A stretch of 63,666 nt of DNA, filler included, from Octopus bimaculoides (lineage: Eukaryota): the NCBI RefSeq assembly GCF_001194135.2. It is 6 parts of 6 records of this genome, joined end to end, with 100 filler letters (N's around TTAATTAATTAA, not from the genome) between each part and the next. Parts side by side here need not be neighbours in the genome. Positions count along the whole stretch, not along the records: positions 1 to 23,960 come from NC_068981.1; 5 more parts are not named here. One strand, 5' to 3'. Below the pieces are notes generated by a model, which was not told where the DNA came from, did no database searches, and worked only from the letters and a program-made list of their open reading frames with translations. Position numbers and translations under genes: made by a program. Positions 12,153 to 23,960 of the stretch are shown here, piece by piece. Each line of letters starts with the position of its first letter. The stretch's first letter is position 1.

Positions 12153-13442
12153 TGTTGGGTCATCCTATAAATAATGCATTTTTTTATACTTCTTTTATTT
12201 TTCAAAATTAAGATAAACAAAGTTCTTTTTTAATCTAAAATATACTCTCCTTCATTTTCTACAATGCTCTTCCATCTATCTTGTAGACTTGCAAGGCCCC
12301 TCTTCCAAAATTCACTTGTCCGTGACGAAAAATACTCCTCCAGTACTGTTCTGACCTCGACTACAGAATTCATATTTTTACCCCTCCAAATGATTTTGAA
12401 GACTGTGGAATAAATGATAATCAGATGGGGAAACATCTGGCGAATATTGTGGGTAGGGCATCGTTTCCCATTCAAACTGCTCCAGCCTTTGAAATGTCAT
12501 CCTTGCTATATGTTGCCAAACATTATCATGATGGAAGAACACCTTTTGTGTTGAAACCAAAGATAGTCGTTTTTCTCCTAGCGCTGACTTTAGCCACTCA
12601 AGCTGCTCACAGTAGATCTCCTTTGTTATTGTTTGGTTTGGTTTAAAAGTTCAAAGTGGAGTAAACCATTCATATTCCACCAAACAGATAACAACACCTT
12701 ATGTGGCTGAAGACCTTCTTTAACCTGGGGTGCCGGTGTTTCTCCTTTCCCTACCCACTGTCTTTGGTGCTTGACATTTTTATAGAGAACCCATTTCTTG
12801 TCACCAGTCACTATTTGGTCCTAAAAAGGTTCATTCATGGGATACAACAGTAAAGAAGAGCACACGTTCACTCTCTGCATGCAATTAGACCAGGGAAGTT
12901 TATGAGGAGCCTACTGACCTAGTTTGCTAACTTTTCCAATGGCACACAGGTATCGATGACTGATTGAATGACCAAATCCAAGCTTCTTTGATAGTTCCTC
13001 AACAGTTACAATGGGATTTTGTTCCACCAGGGTTTGCAGGATGTCCTTGTCAAGCTCTACAAATCTTCCAGGAAGAGGTTTGTCTTCTAGGCTGTAGTTT
13101 CCAGCTCAGAATTTCCGGAACCACCATTGACACTGGCTTGTGCTTATTGTCCGATCTCCATATACTGCATTAATATTTCTCGTACTTTCCATTGCGTTGT
13201 TGCCTTTATTGAACTCATAAAGCAAAATATGCTGAATATGCTCCTTTGTCACTTCCATTATAGCTTTGAAAAAAAATGGCTGTTAAAATTGAACTGCACT
13301 CTTCAAAACTTGCACTAAGAATAAGGACGAGATAAAATTACTACCTGTTTTTATAGCAAGTTGATGCAGGTAGATTAACCTGTCCCCATCCAACTTTTAG
13401 TTCATGCAATTGAAAAAACCACATTATCTATAGGTTGAGCCA

Positions 13443-13445
<3 letters not shown>
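12153..13445 (-). mobile_element. Full-length (~1.3 kb) mariner DNA transposon, inactive
   Basis: TIRs tgttgggtcatcctataaataatgc and cattatctataggttgagccaata, flanked by TA; canonical mariner length. Confidence 0.92.
12230..13258 (-). pseudogene. Mariner DD34D transposase pseudogene
   Basis: MEVTKEHIQHILLYEFNKG...WWFRKF*; IVTGDKKWVLY; KVLLSVWWN; HHDNVWQH; YSPDVSPSDYHLFHSLQNHL; W...VENEGEYILD*. At least three in-frame stops plus frameshifts. Confidence 0.92.
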
Positions 13446-13473
<28 letters not shown>

Positions 13474-14537
13474 TGTATGTATGTATGTGTGAATGCTTGT
13501 CTGTATCTTCTCATCTTAATGTCAAGTGATGGTTGTAAGTGAGTGTCACTGTCATACAAGCAGTGCCATTCATTCCCAATATTCTGTGGAAACATGCCTG
13601 GCTATAGGGAAATATTACTTTGCTTGGAAACAGGTGAGGGTTGATGATAGGAAGGGCATCCATTCATAGAAAATCTGCCTTAATAAATTCTGTTTCACCC
13701 ATGGGAACATGAAAGGGGATGTTAAAATGATGATGATGAATCACCAATATTAGATAGTCTTAAACCATCAAAATTATTTTCATTTTTAGATTTTTAAATG
13801 TATTTTTGTTTTATTTTCCTTTATACAAGAGGGAAGTATAAGTACCATCAGTATTCTCAAAGCCCATTGCTACATAAATCATTGCCTCGAATGAATAATT
13901 GCCATCAGTATCGGCTAGTGTAAGGAGTTTGAGTTGCATTATGCATTCATAAAAAACACAGAAAGCATAGCAAGTTCAAACAATGTTAGTTGAAGCTATT
14001 TTACAATTATAACTAATTGATATTTTGATATCTTCAAAATATAGTTAGTTTGTGCAGATTATTAACTGAAGTAGGGAAAACACACATTCTATGAATTTCT
14101 TCCAGACTACCTCTTTTCATAAAATGTTTAATTAGGCTATGTAATGTCCAGAAAATTTCTAAAAAGGATGAAATAGTAATTACATGATTACCACTGAATA
14201 GAAATTTTAAGCACTTCATAATAAGTAAACAATAAAAAGAAAATTAGATATGTACATTCTATGCATTTTCCCCTTATTCAATAATTCCAAATTTAAATTT
14301 CCATTCCTACCTAACACTATGAAGAATTTATTATCAACTGTCCAACAGGGGACATCGTGTGTTTGTAAAATTTCATTTGACTGATTCAAAATAAGGAACC
14401 GCCTTAATCTATTTTTTAATCTTATTGGATTCTTATCAAAGGTGTCTTTTATTCATTTTATACTTCGCATATCTGTTTATATTAAAAAATTTTTTTTTTT
14501 TACTTCTCTAATGAAATCTTACCATTTATCTTTACAG

Positions 14538-14785
14538 CCCTTGACATAGCATTCATTATATTTCCTGAGATCACATCATTAATGCCCTTTCCACCAGTGT
14601 GGTCAGCTCTTTTTTATCTTATGTTGACCATCATCACCTTAAATAGCATTGTAATATTCACCCAACTAGTTGTATCAGGACTGGAGATAATATGGCCAAT
14701 GCCTGAAAGGAACTGTTACAAGCTGTTCTGGTTGTTTGTCATATGTGTATTATCTTTCATTTTTTCCCTCTTCATACTTTCTCAG
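14538..14785 (+). CDS. SLC6 transporter exon encoding EL4b-TM8-TM9 (248 nt, phase 1/0)
   Basis: Acceptor tctttacag| and donor |gtaaga. Translates (A)LDIAFIIFPEITSLMPFPPVWSALFYLMLTIITLNSIVIFTQLVVSGLEIIWP...FSLFILSQ, matching LAFIxYPEA...MPxxxxWSxLFFxML..LGLDS. Confidence 0.95.
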
Positions 14786-14985
14786 GTAAGAAACTTTTGC
14801 TAAAAAAAAAGGAAATTATCACTGTACAGTTATTTTAAATATTCTCTAATTAATTATAAAACATTTTTGTGAAGATTAATTAAATGATAGCATGTGAAAT
14901 CTTCTAAATAAATATTCCAATAACTCTATATGATACTTTTCTGTGTCTTGGGAGAATCGTTATGCCAACTTTTTCTTTAAGTATA

Positions 14986-15187
14986 CTATATTTTCTGGCA
15001 TACAAGTCGACATAGTTTATAGTGTAAACATGTGTAAACATTCAAACATCATCACTAACTTTCCAAATCCTGTTGCCTTCAACATGGAACGTTTGGTTCT
15101 CCAAACTTGTTTTGGTATATAAGACAACCTACTGTTTTTGGCTAACTTTTGGTCTGAAAAATTCGACTTGTATGCCAGGAAATACAG
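14986..15187. mobile_element. Tc1/mariner (Tc2/pogo-like) MITE, 202 bp
   Basis: TA|ctatattttctggcatacaagtcga ... tcgacttgtatgccaggaaatacag|TA: 25-bp TIRs with 2 mismatches. Confidence 0.85.
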
Positions 15188-16989
15188 TAATGAGTTTGTT
15201 AATTTCAAGCCTAAAAATATGAACAAACATGATTTAGCTATTTTTTTTATTTGTGTGAGATTTTTTTTTTTTTTATTAGGTTTTTGAAATAACTTTTCTC
15301 GTAGAGTTCTTATTAATTGATTATTTAATATAAAATACAAGTGAAGCAATTATGATACAAATAGCCTATTGTCAGATTTGCTATAGTATTTTAAAAGAAA
15401 CTAGGAAGTTTTCCCCCTACACATGCCTAACCCTACACATATATTCATAAGAAACACAGAAAAAATAATTGGTATTTGTAAGCTTTATGTAAGATATGTG
15501 CATTTCTACACGCCTGTTGTAATTACGTGTGCTAATTAACCCATTACACTAACCAATTGGCATGCTTCTTCAGTATTATCAACAAAACAACACAATATGA
15601 TATGTGTTGCATATCCTTATATACCCAGTCATGCATATTGTAAATAAGCAAGTTGGTAAAGCAGAAAAGAGCCAACTGAATTGCCTAAGAGGTAAATCAG
15701 TTTATGTAGAGAGCTGCACAATATGCTAGAAATATCAGTTAAACCTCCCTGAAATCATATTTTGCCATCTTGTAAAAAGAATAAACACATTGGACAAGGT
15801 GGTTTCTGTATACAAAATGATGGGATGATCATGGCTGGAATGCCTCTGCTCTTAGGTCTACTCCCTCAGAACAGACCCAAAGCTAAACAAGAGGCCATCA
15901 ATAACATTTGAATTTGTGTCAAATGGAGTTGTATTTATATTCTGTTGCCAGAATAGCAGCATGTCATTTGCTAATGTAATTGTTCTCTAGCTGGTAATTA
16001 GCATTTGCATTACCCAATCACTATCAGCAACAGCAGCGTTTTTATCACAATTACCATCACCATTATTGTCATGTTAATTGTCATCATCATCATCAATATT
16101 CCAATTTTTGGTGTATTACTTGGGACTGTCAAAGGTCTTCTCAGACTAGTGAAATTGACACAGGAAGAACTGGACAAAGTTATTAATGTAAAACTACAGA
16201 AGAGAGATAAATGGTGGAAGGAGAGATAAGTGGGTCAGGTGAAGTTTGGATGGAGACTGTGGGCAACTAATTAGTGCAGAGAAGCAGAGGCTTCAGTGAT
16301 AACAATAGAAGAGGCAATGAAAGAAAGTTAAATGAAAGGACATTGCACATTTGTGGATAAGTGCCTGCAATGTGTTAGTGATGGAATCTTCATCACTAAA
16401 GAAATGAAAGAAACCCTGATTTTATTATAAAAACCTAGTTTTATCATCAAAACCTAGTTCTTAATTTTATATTTAGAAGGAATTAAGCACAAAAGACTAA
16501 ACTCATTGGATAGGACAGCAATGTGATTAATTTAATAGATCTAATTTCCTAAAATTTTTCTGCAATTCTATGAAAAATAAGGCAAACTTCATTCCATCGT
16601 AATATACAATTTACTTTCCAGAAATAAGGTAACTGATGGTGGTCTGAGATCAAATTGATTGAAATATTATTGTATAGATATAAATATTGAAGAAAAGTTT
16701 TCATCTCTAAAGTTAACACTAATTGAAAAATTATGATCCTAGAATTAATAATGCTCCCAAGACAATGGAATATTTGCTGCATGATAATATATCATTAATA
16801 TATTGTTAATTGTTAGTCTGGCATTTTCCATTTAGCAAAATTACTCTCTATTCTTCTAAAAAGACATATTTTTCAAAAATGCTGTTGTTATAAAAAGTAT
16901 TATTCTTTGCAATGTCTTCTATTATTTATTTACTTTTTTTGCTCATATTGATATTTACTTAGATATTATTTTTTTGTCTACTTTACAAG

Positions 16990-17190
16990 GCTGATATTTA
17001 CACTGATCAAACAATGGATGTTTACCTTCCAAGCTGGTCCTTGCCATTTATTTGCTTTTTTGAATGTTTGATTCTGATGTGGTTCTATGGTCCAAAGAAA
17101 ATTTTGCGACATATCACTGACATGACTGGTAGCCTTGATCGCTTTTTTTGGAAATTAATGTGGAAAGCAATTACACCAATAACAATACTG
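16990..17190 (+). CDS. SLC6 transporter exon encoding TM10-TM11 (201 nt, phase 0/0)
   Basis: Acceptor ctttacaag| and donor |gtaagt. Translates ADIYTDQTMDVYLPSWSLPFICFFECLILMWFYGPKKILRHITDMTGSLDRFFWKLMWKAITPITIL, matching FExxxxxWxYG.....DIxxMxG....xWKxCWxxxTP. Confidence 0.95.
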
Positions 17191-17237
17191 GTAAGTTATC
17201 TAAAAACAACTCTTTCTCTGACAATCCTAACTTCATT

Positions 17238-17238
<1 letters not shown>

Positions 17239-17328
<90 letters not shown>
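17239..17328. repeat. (CT)n microsatellite about 50 nt downstream of an SLC6 donor
   Basis: Perfect CT dinucleotide run. Confidence 0.95.
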
Positions 17329-17333
<5 letters not shown>

Positions 17334-17566
17334 TCCCTCCTAAATACACATATTTAATTGGAGAGTAGTCATTAAGAAGATAAAATGGAAAACAAAAATA
17401 TTGATGTTGTCCATATATATAATATAAATGTTTATACCCATATTGTCTATGAGGAGAACTTCTCAAGAGACACTTGTGTAGCATTGCTATTTTCAAATTT
17501 CACAAAACCACATACACAGATGCACACACACACACACACACACAAATTCATAGATAGATAATTATA

Positions 17567-17598
<32 letters not shown>

Positions 17599-17823
17599 GA
17601 GAGAGAGAGAGCGAGAGCGAGAGAGAGTTATTGTCATCATCATATGGAAGTCAAACAGATAAATAAACCTATCTTCATCTCTCAAACCTCCTGACTTTAG
17701 GCTTTTTATATATATATATACACGTTTGTGTATGTGTGTGTGTGTGGAGCATTATTCGTTTGGCAAGTTTTTTACACCTCGATGTCCTTATATATATGTA
17801 TGTATATATATATGTGGGTGTGT

Positions 17824-17860
<37 letters not shown>

Positions 17861-18162
17861 GGATTCTTCATAGAACCAGGTACTTAAAAGGATATGCACC
17901 AGGTAAGGTTCGATAAACCTGTGATCACCACCTCTGGTTGATTAAATATCTAGTAGGATATTCAGGTTATGCATACAGAGAAAACCACCCCTACAAGTAT
18001 TAAGTACCTAGGGGTTGTGTTGATCATACATTGTTTGGAATACTCCAGCGTATCTGATGTGCCATGAATCTCTATGGTGCATTATAAGCAAATGAATAAT
18101 AACAGACGATGGATAAATGTCAGCTCATTACAGCTGTTTTTTACACATTTTTTAATATGTAT

Positions 18163-18313
18163 GTTTGGCGTTAGGAAGGGCATCCAACTGTAGAAACTCT
18201 GCCAAATCAGATTGGAGCCTGGTGTTGCCATCCGGTTTCACCAGTCCTCAGTCAAATCGTCCAACCCATGCTAGCATGGAAAGCGGGCGTTAAACGATGA
18301 TGATGATGATGAT
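18163..18313 (+). mobile_element. Young 5'-truncated RTE 3' tail ending in (GAT)n
   Basis: tggcgttaggaagggcatcc...aaatcagattggagcctgg...gttaaacgatgatgatg; nearly identical to 36972-37134 and 49990-50091. Confidence 0.9.
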
Positions 18314-19005
18314 ATATATGTATGCATGTATATATGCATACACACATATGGCAACTTTCTTTTTATTTTTGTGAATATCTATGAATACATTTAATTTCTT
18401 ACCTCTAATTTATTAATATCTGACATAAAATAAGTTGTTTGCTCTTTGCTGTTGGAATTGCATTAGTGCAACACCACCACCACCACCACCACCAACAACA
18501 ACAACAATTTCAACCATACTTAAAGGTAGCAATATTTTTTACATATTAGATTGTCTCGGTAGTCTAAAATAACTCTTGAACTCTGTCATGGTTCTAGGAA
18601 ATACCTGTCGCAGCAACTGTGTATCATTTCCAGTGGTTAATGCCAGGGATTGAAGGTGAGAAAGACTGTTGGCATCTTTCAAGCCCATTATTACCACCAG
18701 TCATTGTCACAGTGTATGCAAACTATTTACTGTATATTTCATGCTGCTAATCTAGTGGTAGCCAAGTTAATTAGCTTACACATGGTCATTGAAATTTACT
18801 TGCTTACTTCAACTGATAACAGTTACTTACACCATCAAGACACAACAGTCTCTAGAATCTCTCGGTATTAAGAAGCTACAGTGAAATGTATAAGGGCCAC
18901 AAGATCTATTAGTGTTGTGTTATCTGATTATATACAATGTACAGAAAAACACAGAAATGTATGTTTTATTATTTTCAAGGTATGTTACCTTCAATTTGAA
19001 TACTA

Positions 19006-19211
19006 CAGGGTGTCCACAAAGTTTGGGTACATGGGGATTAACCCATACTTTAAGAAATTATTATTTCTTATATTTAATTGTTTATGTTATGATTTTATTT
19101 ACTCCATGTACCCACATGGGGATTAGAACATACTTTAAGAAATTATTATTTCTTATATTTAATTGTTTATGTTATGATTTTATTTACTCCATGTATCCAG
19201 ACCTTGTGGAC
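19006..19211. mobile_element. Tc1-type MITE with an internal 85-bp tandem duplication, cut by a gap
   Basis: TA|cagggtgtccacaaagtttgggtacatgg ... ccatgtatccagaccttgtggac|N; repeat units at 19030-19114 and 19115-19199. Confidence 0.8.
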
Positions 19212-20111
19212 NNNNNNNNNNNNNNNNNNNNNNNNNNNNNNNNNNNNNNNNNNNNNNNNNNNNNNNNNNNNNNNNNNNNNNNNNNNNNNNNNNNNNNNNN
19301 NNNNNNNNNNNNNNNNNNNNNNNNNNNNNNNNNNNNNNNNNNNNNNNNNNNNNNNNNNNNNNNNNNNNNNNNNNNNNNNNNNNNNNNNNNNNNNNNNNNN
19401 NNNNNNNNNNNNNNNNNNNNNNNNNNNNNNNNNNNNNNNNNNNNNNNNNNNNNNNNNNNNNNNNNNNNNNNNNNNNNNNNNNNNNNNNNNNNNNNNNNNN
19501 NNNNNNNNNNNNNNNNNNNNNNNNNNNNNNNNNNNNNNNNNNNNNNNNNNNNNNNNNNNNNNNNNNNNNNNNNNNNNNNNNNNNNNNNNNNNNNNNNNNN
19601 NNNNNNNNNNNNNNNNNNNNNNNNNNNNNNNNNNNNNNNNNNNNNNNNNNNNNNNNNNNNNNNNNNNNNNNNNNNNNNNNNNNNNNNNNNNNNNNNNNNN
19701 NNNNNNNNNNNNNNNNNNNNNNNNNNNNNNNNNNNNNNNNNNNNNNNNNNNNNNNNNNNNNNNNNNNNNNNNNNNNNNNNNNNNNNNNNNNNNNNNNNNN
19801 NNNNNNNNNNNNNNNNNNNNNNNNNNNNNNNNNNNNNNNNNNNNNNNNNNNNNNNNNNNNNNNNNNNNNNNNNNNNNNNNNNNNNNNNNNNNNNNNNNNN
19901 NNNNNNNNNNNNNNNNNNNNNNNNNNNNNNNNNNNNNNNNNNNNNNNNNNNNNNNNNNNNNNNNNNNNNNNNNNNNNNNNNNNNNNNNNNNNNNNNNNNN
20001 NNNNNNNNNNNNNNNNNNNNNNNNNNNNNNNNNNNNNNNNNNNNNNNNNNNNNNNNNNNNNNNNNNNNNNNNNNNNNNNNNNNNNNNNNNNNNNNNNNNN
20101 NNNNNNNNNNN

Positions 20112-20427
20112 ATGAAATTAACGTGCAAGTGGCTGAGCACTTCACAGACACGTGTACCCTTAACGTAGTTCTCAGGGATATTCAGCGTCACACAGTGTGA
20201 CAAGGCTGACCCTTTGAATTACAGGCACAACAGAAACAGGAAGTAAGAGTGAGAGAAAGTTGTGGTGGAAGAGTACAGCAGGGTTCGCCCCTATCCCCTG
20301 CCGGAGCCTCGTGGAGCTTTAGGTGTTTTCACTCAATAAATACTCACAATGCCCGGTCTGGGAATCGAAACCGCGATCCTATGACCACGAGTCCACTGCC
20401 CTAACCACTGGGCCATTGCGCCTCCAC
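20112..20427 (-). mobile_element. tRNA-derived SINE, family E
   Basis: - strand head gtggaggcgcaatggcccagtggttagggcagtggactcgtggtcataggatcgcggtttcgattcccagacc (A box TGGCCCAGTGG, B box GGTTTCGATTCC), followed by a non-tRNA body shared with 32286-32540. Confidence 0.8.
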
Positions 20428-20508
20428 GACACAACTTATATAAAAGAGACATTTGTTTAGAATCCACATGTGATATCAAAATACACACACTTACACATGT
20501 CCACACAT

Positions 20509-20545
<37 letters not shown>

Positions 20546-20879
20546 CATACACATGTGTACACTTGTATATGACAGGCTTCTTTCAAGTTCAATTTATCAG
20601 ATCCACTCATGGGGCTTTAGTTGGGCTAATACTATAGTAAAAGACATTTCCCCAAAATGCCATGCATTGAGACTGAACCCTCCACCTATGTGGGTGTGGG
20701 TATGTATATGAGTATGTATGCATGAGCTTGTGTGTTTGTGTAAGGGTAAAGTGTAAAGACCCCCTTCAGTCAGGAATGACCATAGGTTTGCACCTAGAAG
20801 TTCTTCTCCGAGGCACAAGTCCGGACATGGTTGTTTATGGAAGACCAGCAGTATGGAAGACAAGACGTACTTTGGCCTG

Positions 20880-21262
20880 TCTCTTCTCAAAGCTCGTTTT
20901 GTTCACCGTTCACCACATCCCCTTGTTATGGCTTAACAGCCCTCACCATTTGTTTTTACCGTTTTGCTCTTACTGTCCTGTTTTTGTTACTACTTTAACC
21001 CTATGCAAAAAGTCCCAAATTTTATTTAATTTGTTTTGCATGAAGGACTGTTTTAACAAAGTCGCGTCTTGTCCCTTCTTTCAAAATGTGGAGTAGATAA
21101 AACAAGGGACAACTGATGAAGGGAATATTCTTTATGTTGCCTGTCTCGTTTCTCTCTTTGTTTCTTTCGTTGCTCGAAAAATGTTCGTTTTCCATGCTTT
21201 TGCTTTTTATGTTCTCGTTTCTCATTCTGTTCACATTTTTTTGACATCCAGTACCCATATAT
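20880..21262 (+). mobile_element. Probable Penelope-like element terminal remnant carrying a hammerhead half-site
   Basis: gGTC-ttgtccctt...aagggacaa-CTGATGA, followed by a T-rich tail of a type I recall from octopus Penelope-like repeats. No coding homology seen. Confidence 0.4.
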
Positions 21263-21952
21263 GCATGTATATATACATATATAAGTAGGCATGCACATGT
21301 ATGTGTGTATATATGCATATATATGTATATATATATATGTATGTATATATATGTATATATATATATATATATNNNNNNNNNNNNNNNNNNNNNNNNNNNN
21401 NNNNNNNNNNNNNNNNNNNNNNNNNNNNNNNNNNNNNNNNNNNNNNNNNNNNNNNNNNNNNNNNNNNNNNNNNNNNNNNNNNNNNNNNNNNNNNNNNNNN
21501 NNNNNNNNNNNNNNNNNNNNNNNNNNNNNNNNNNNNNNNNNNNNNNNNNNNNNNNNNNNNNNNNNNNNNNNNNNNNNNNNNNNNNNNNNNNNNNNNNNNN
21601 NNNNNNNNNNNNNNNNNNNNNNNNNNNNNNNNNNNNNNNNNNNNNNNNNNNNNNNNNNNNNNNNNNNNNNNNNNNNNNNNNNNNNNNNNNNNNNNNNNNN
21701 NNNNNNNNNNNNNNNNNNNNNNNNNNNNNNNNNNNNNNNNNNNNNNNNNNNNNNNNNNNNNNNNNNNNNNNNNNNNNNNNNNNNNNNNNNNNNNNNNNNN
21801 NNNNNNNNNNNNNNNNNNNNNNNNNNNNNNNNNNNNNNNNNNNNNNNNNNNNNNNNNNNNNNNNNNNNNNNNNNNNNNNNNNNNNNNNNNNATATATATA
21901 TATTTATATATGTATATATATATATGTATATATATATATGTGTGTGTGTGTG

Positions 21953-21987
<35 letters not shown>

Positions 21988-22409
21988 CTTCATTTATCTA
22001 TTTTTGTCACAGTTTGGCTGACCAAAAACTGTTGGTAATAGCTCTAGTTAAGAATTCAAATGTCCAGTTCTATCTCATTATTATCATTAATATTTTCTCG
22101 CACTGGCAGCCAGCCTGAGTTTTTGCTGTTTTGTGGTGTGCTCGCCATTTCCACCCCCACCACCTGTACCAAAAGTCTCTATCTTCTGACCCCTCTCGGA
22201 TGTCTCTTTTATGAACACCTCCAAAGGCTTATATAGGGTTTATCCTTTCTTAGGGTTTATCTCTTATGTAATGTAGTGATTATGTAGCACATAAAAATAA
22301 TGGTGTACTGTATGCAAGTTGAAGGATTTTGTATGTTTATGAGTTCTGCCAAATGCGAGCTTTCTTTTCAGGTACATGACGCTGCTACCTCACATCCCAG
22401 GGTCTTGAG

Positions 22410-22625
22410 TGCCCACACCTCTCACACCCTCAGAGTTGGCACACTGAGAGGTAAGTTTGGTGAGATTGTTGAGATGCTTAAATGGGAACATGTGGATTTG
22501 TGCTGCATCCAAGAATTAAAGTGGAGAGGAAGTTCTGCTAGGTTCCTCACAAGCAAAGAACATAGGTATAAGATTTTCTGGGCAAGGAACACTGACAGTG
22601 TCAGGAACATGGGCATACTTCTACT
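22410..22625 (+). mobile_element. RTE LINE APE-endonuclease fragment
   Basis: HTLRVGTLRGKFGEIVEMLKWEHVDLCCIQELKWRGSSARFLTSKEHRYKIFW...MGILL corresponds to RTE/BovB EN (LRVGTxNV...VDxCCxQExRWxG). Confidence 0.85.
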
Positions 22626-23866
22626 ATAGTCTCAGGCTGACCAATGCTTTGTGAGTGAATTTGGTACACAAATTGTGTTGAAGGCCTTTGTATGTATCCG
22701 TAAAGATGTTGGTGTTAGGAAGGATATCTAGCCATAGAAACCATGTCAAAGTTAAGATAGCAATTCCCTGTCAAACTTTCCTACTGATGCCAGCATGGTA
22801 TGCATAAATACATACATTCAGACAAACAGACAGACAGATAGATAGATAGATATGTAAACAGACACATGTACATATGCATACAAATATATACATACCTTAT
22901 ATACACACACTCACACACACACACACACACACACACACTTGTATACACACTTGTATACACACATGCTTCCACTTAAACATGCAGGGAAAAGGGAATGTCA
23001 GCATACATATATTCACAAAACAGTACACAAGAAGAACATTAGTATAAACATACTAACAACTATATTTCTGCTTGTTTCCAATCAGAGCAGTCATTGATAT
23101 TCATTATACCTTTATCATTTGGGAAAATTTTGTATCGATGTCACCAGCTGGAGGAAAATTATGCATATATAGTCAGTGTTGTGCATAATGCATTCGTATT
23201 TGTTAATAAAATATATTTATTTATTGTTCCATTGCTGTTCTGTTATTGAATCACTACCATGACTGAAAGGGAAGACAAAATATTTAGGAAAGACTTGTCC
23301 TCTACAACTATCTAGATATTTGTTCTGGGATATCTTTCTTGCATATGATTTCCTGAATTGTTGGTGGTGTACTGACATTCTTTTTCTGAGTGTCATACCA
23401 GTTTGTGTGTTGTAGTGTTCTGGCAACCTTTACATCATATAATGTAGATTAGGTTGTTCAAATTACAGGAGAGGTAGAACTTTGTTTGAAGTAGAATTTG
23501 GACCCCTCTTTAGAAATCAATATTTCTTTATGCTTTATTTCCTGGTTTTATTTGCTGCAGTACACATGAACTTACCGCAAAGAATTATGAAAGGCAGTAG
23601 GGTAAATCAATTATGTTCTGCACGTACTTATATTAACTATTTCGTTCAATATTGATTGTTTCTTGAAAAGAATTTATAAATTTTTGTATTTGCTTTATAT
23701 TTTCCATTTACTTTGAACTGTGGTGATTGAGAGAACATTTTACATACATACAAACATACGTACACACACACACACACGTGCGTGTGCACATCCACACACA
23801 CATACATGTATACATACATATATATGTGTATGTCTGTGTGTATATATCTGTGTGTGTGTGTGTAAC

Positions 23867-23909
<43 letters not shown>

Positions 23910-23916
23910 AACACAC

Positions 23917-23960
<44 letters not shown>

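Larger units (their letters stand above)
12020..13738 (+). mobile_element. Family-D SINE (12020-12150 and 13446-13738) interrupted by a mariner
   Basis: Head/core ...ccttgggcaaatgtcttc...aaagccttgtgagtagatttggttgatggaaactgaa ends at the mariner left TIR; (ATGT)n, body and RTE tail resume after the right TIR, matching 7045-7450. Confidence 0.8.

Noticed and set aside
18634-18655. Possible micro-exon (tttccag|TGGTTAATGCCAGGGATTGAAG|gtgag) as the next SLC6 exon
   Set aside because: 22 nt encoding WLMPGIE, with no similarity to the SLC6 TM11-TM12 region; such splice-like pairs occur by chance.
20355-20427. tRNA-like sequence (also the heads at about 3440-3513 and 58226-58300)
   Set aside because: A/B boxes run straight into SINE bodies repeated elsewhere in the window and no closed acceptor stem is evident; these are SINE heads, not tRNA genes.
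23091-23249. Hydrophobic ORF after a cag acceptor (SLIFIIPLSFGKILY...) as the SLC6 terminal exon
   Set aside because: Lacks the YP/W/GW motifs of TM12, and the nearer acceptor at 23085 gives an immediate stop.
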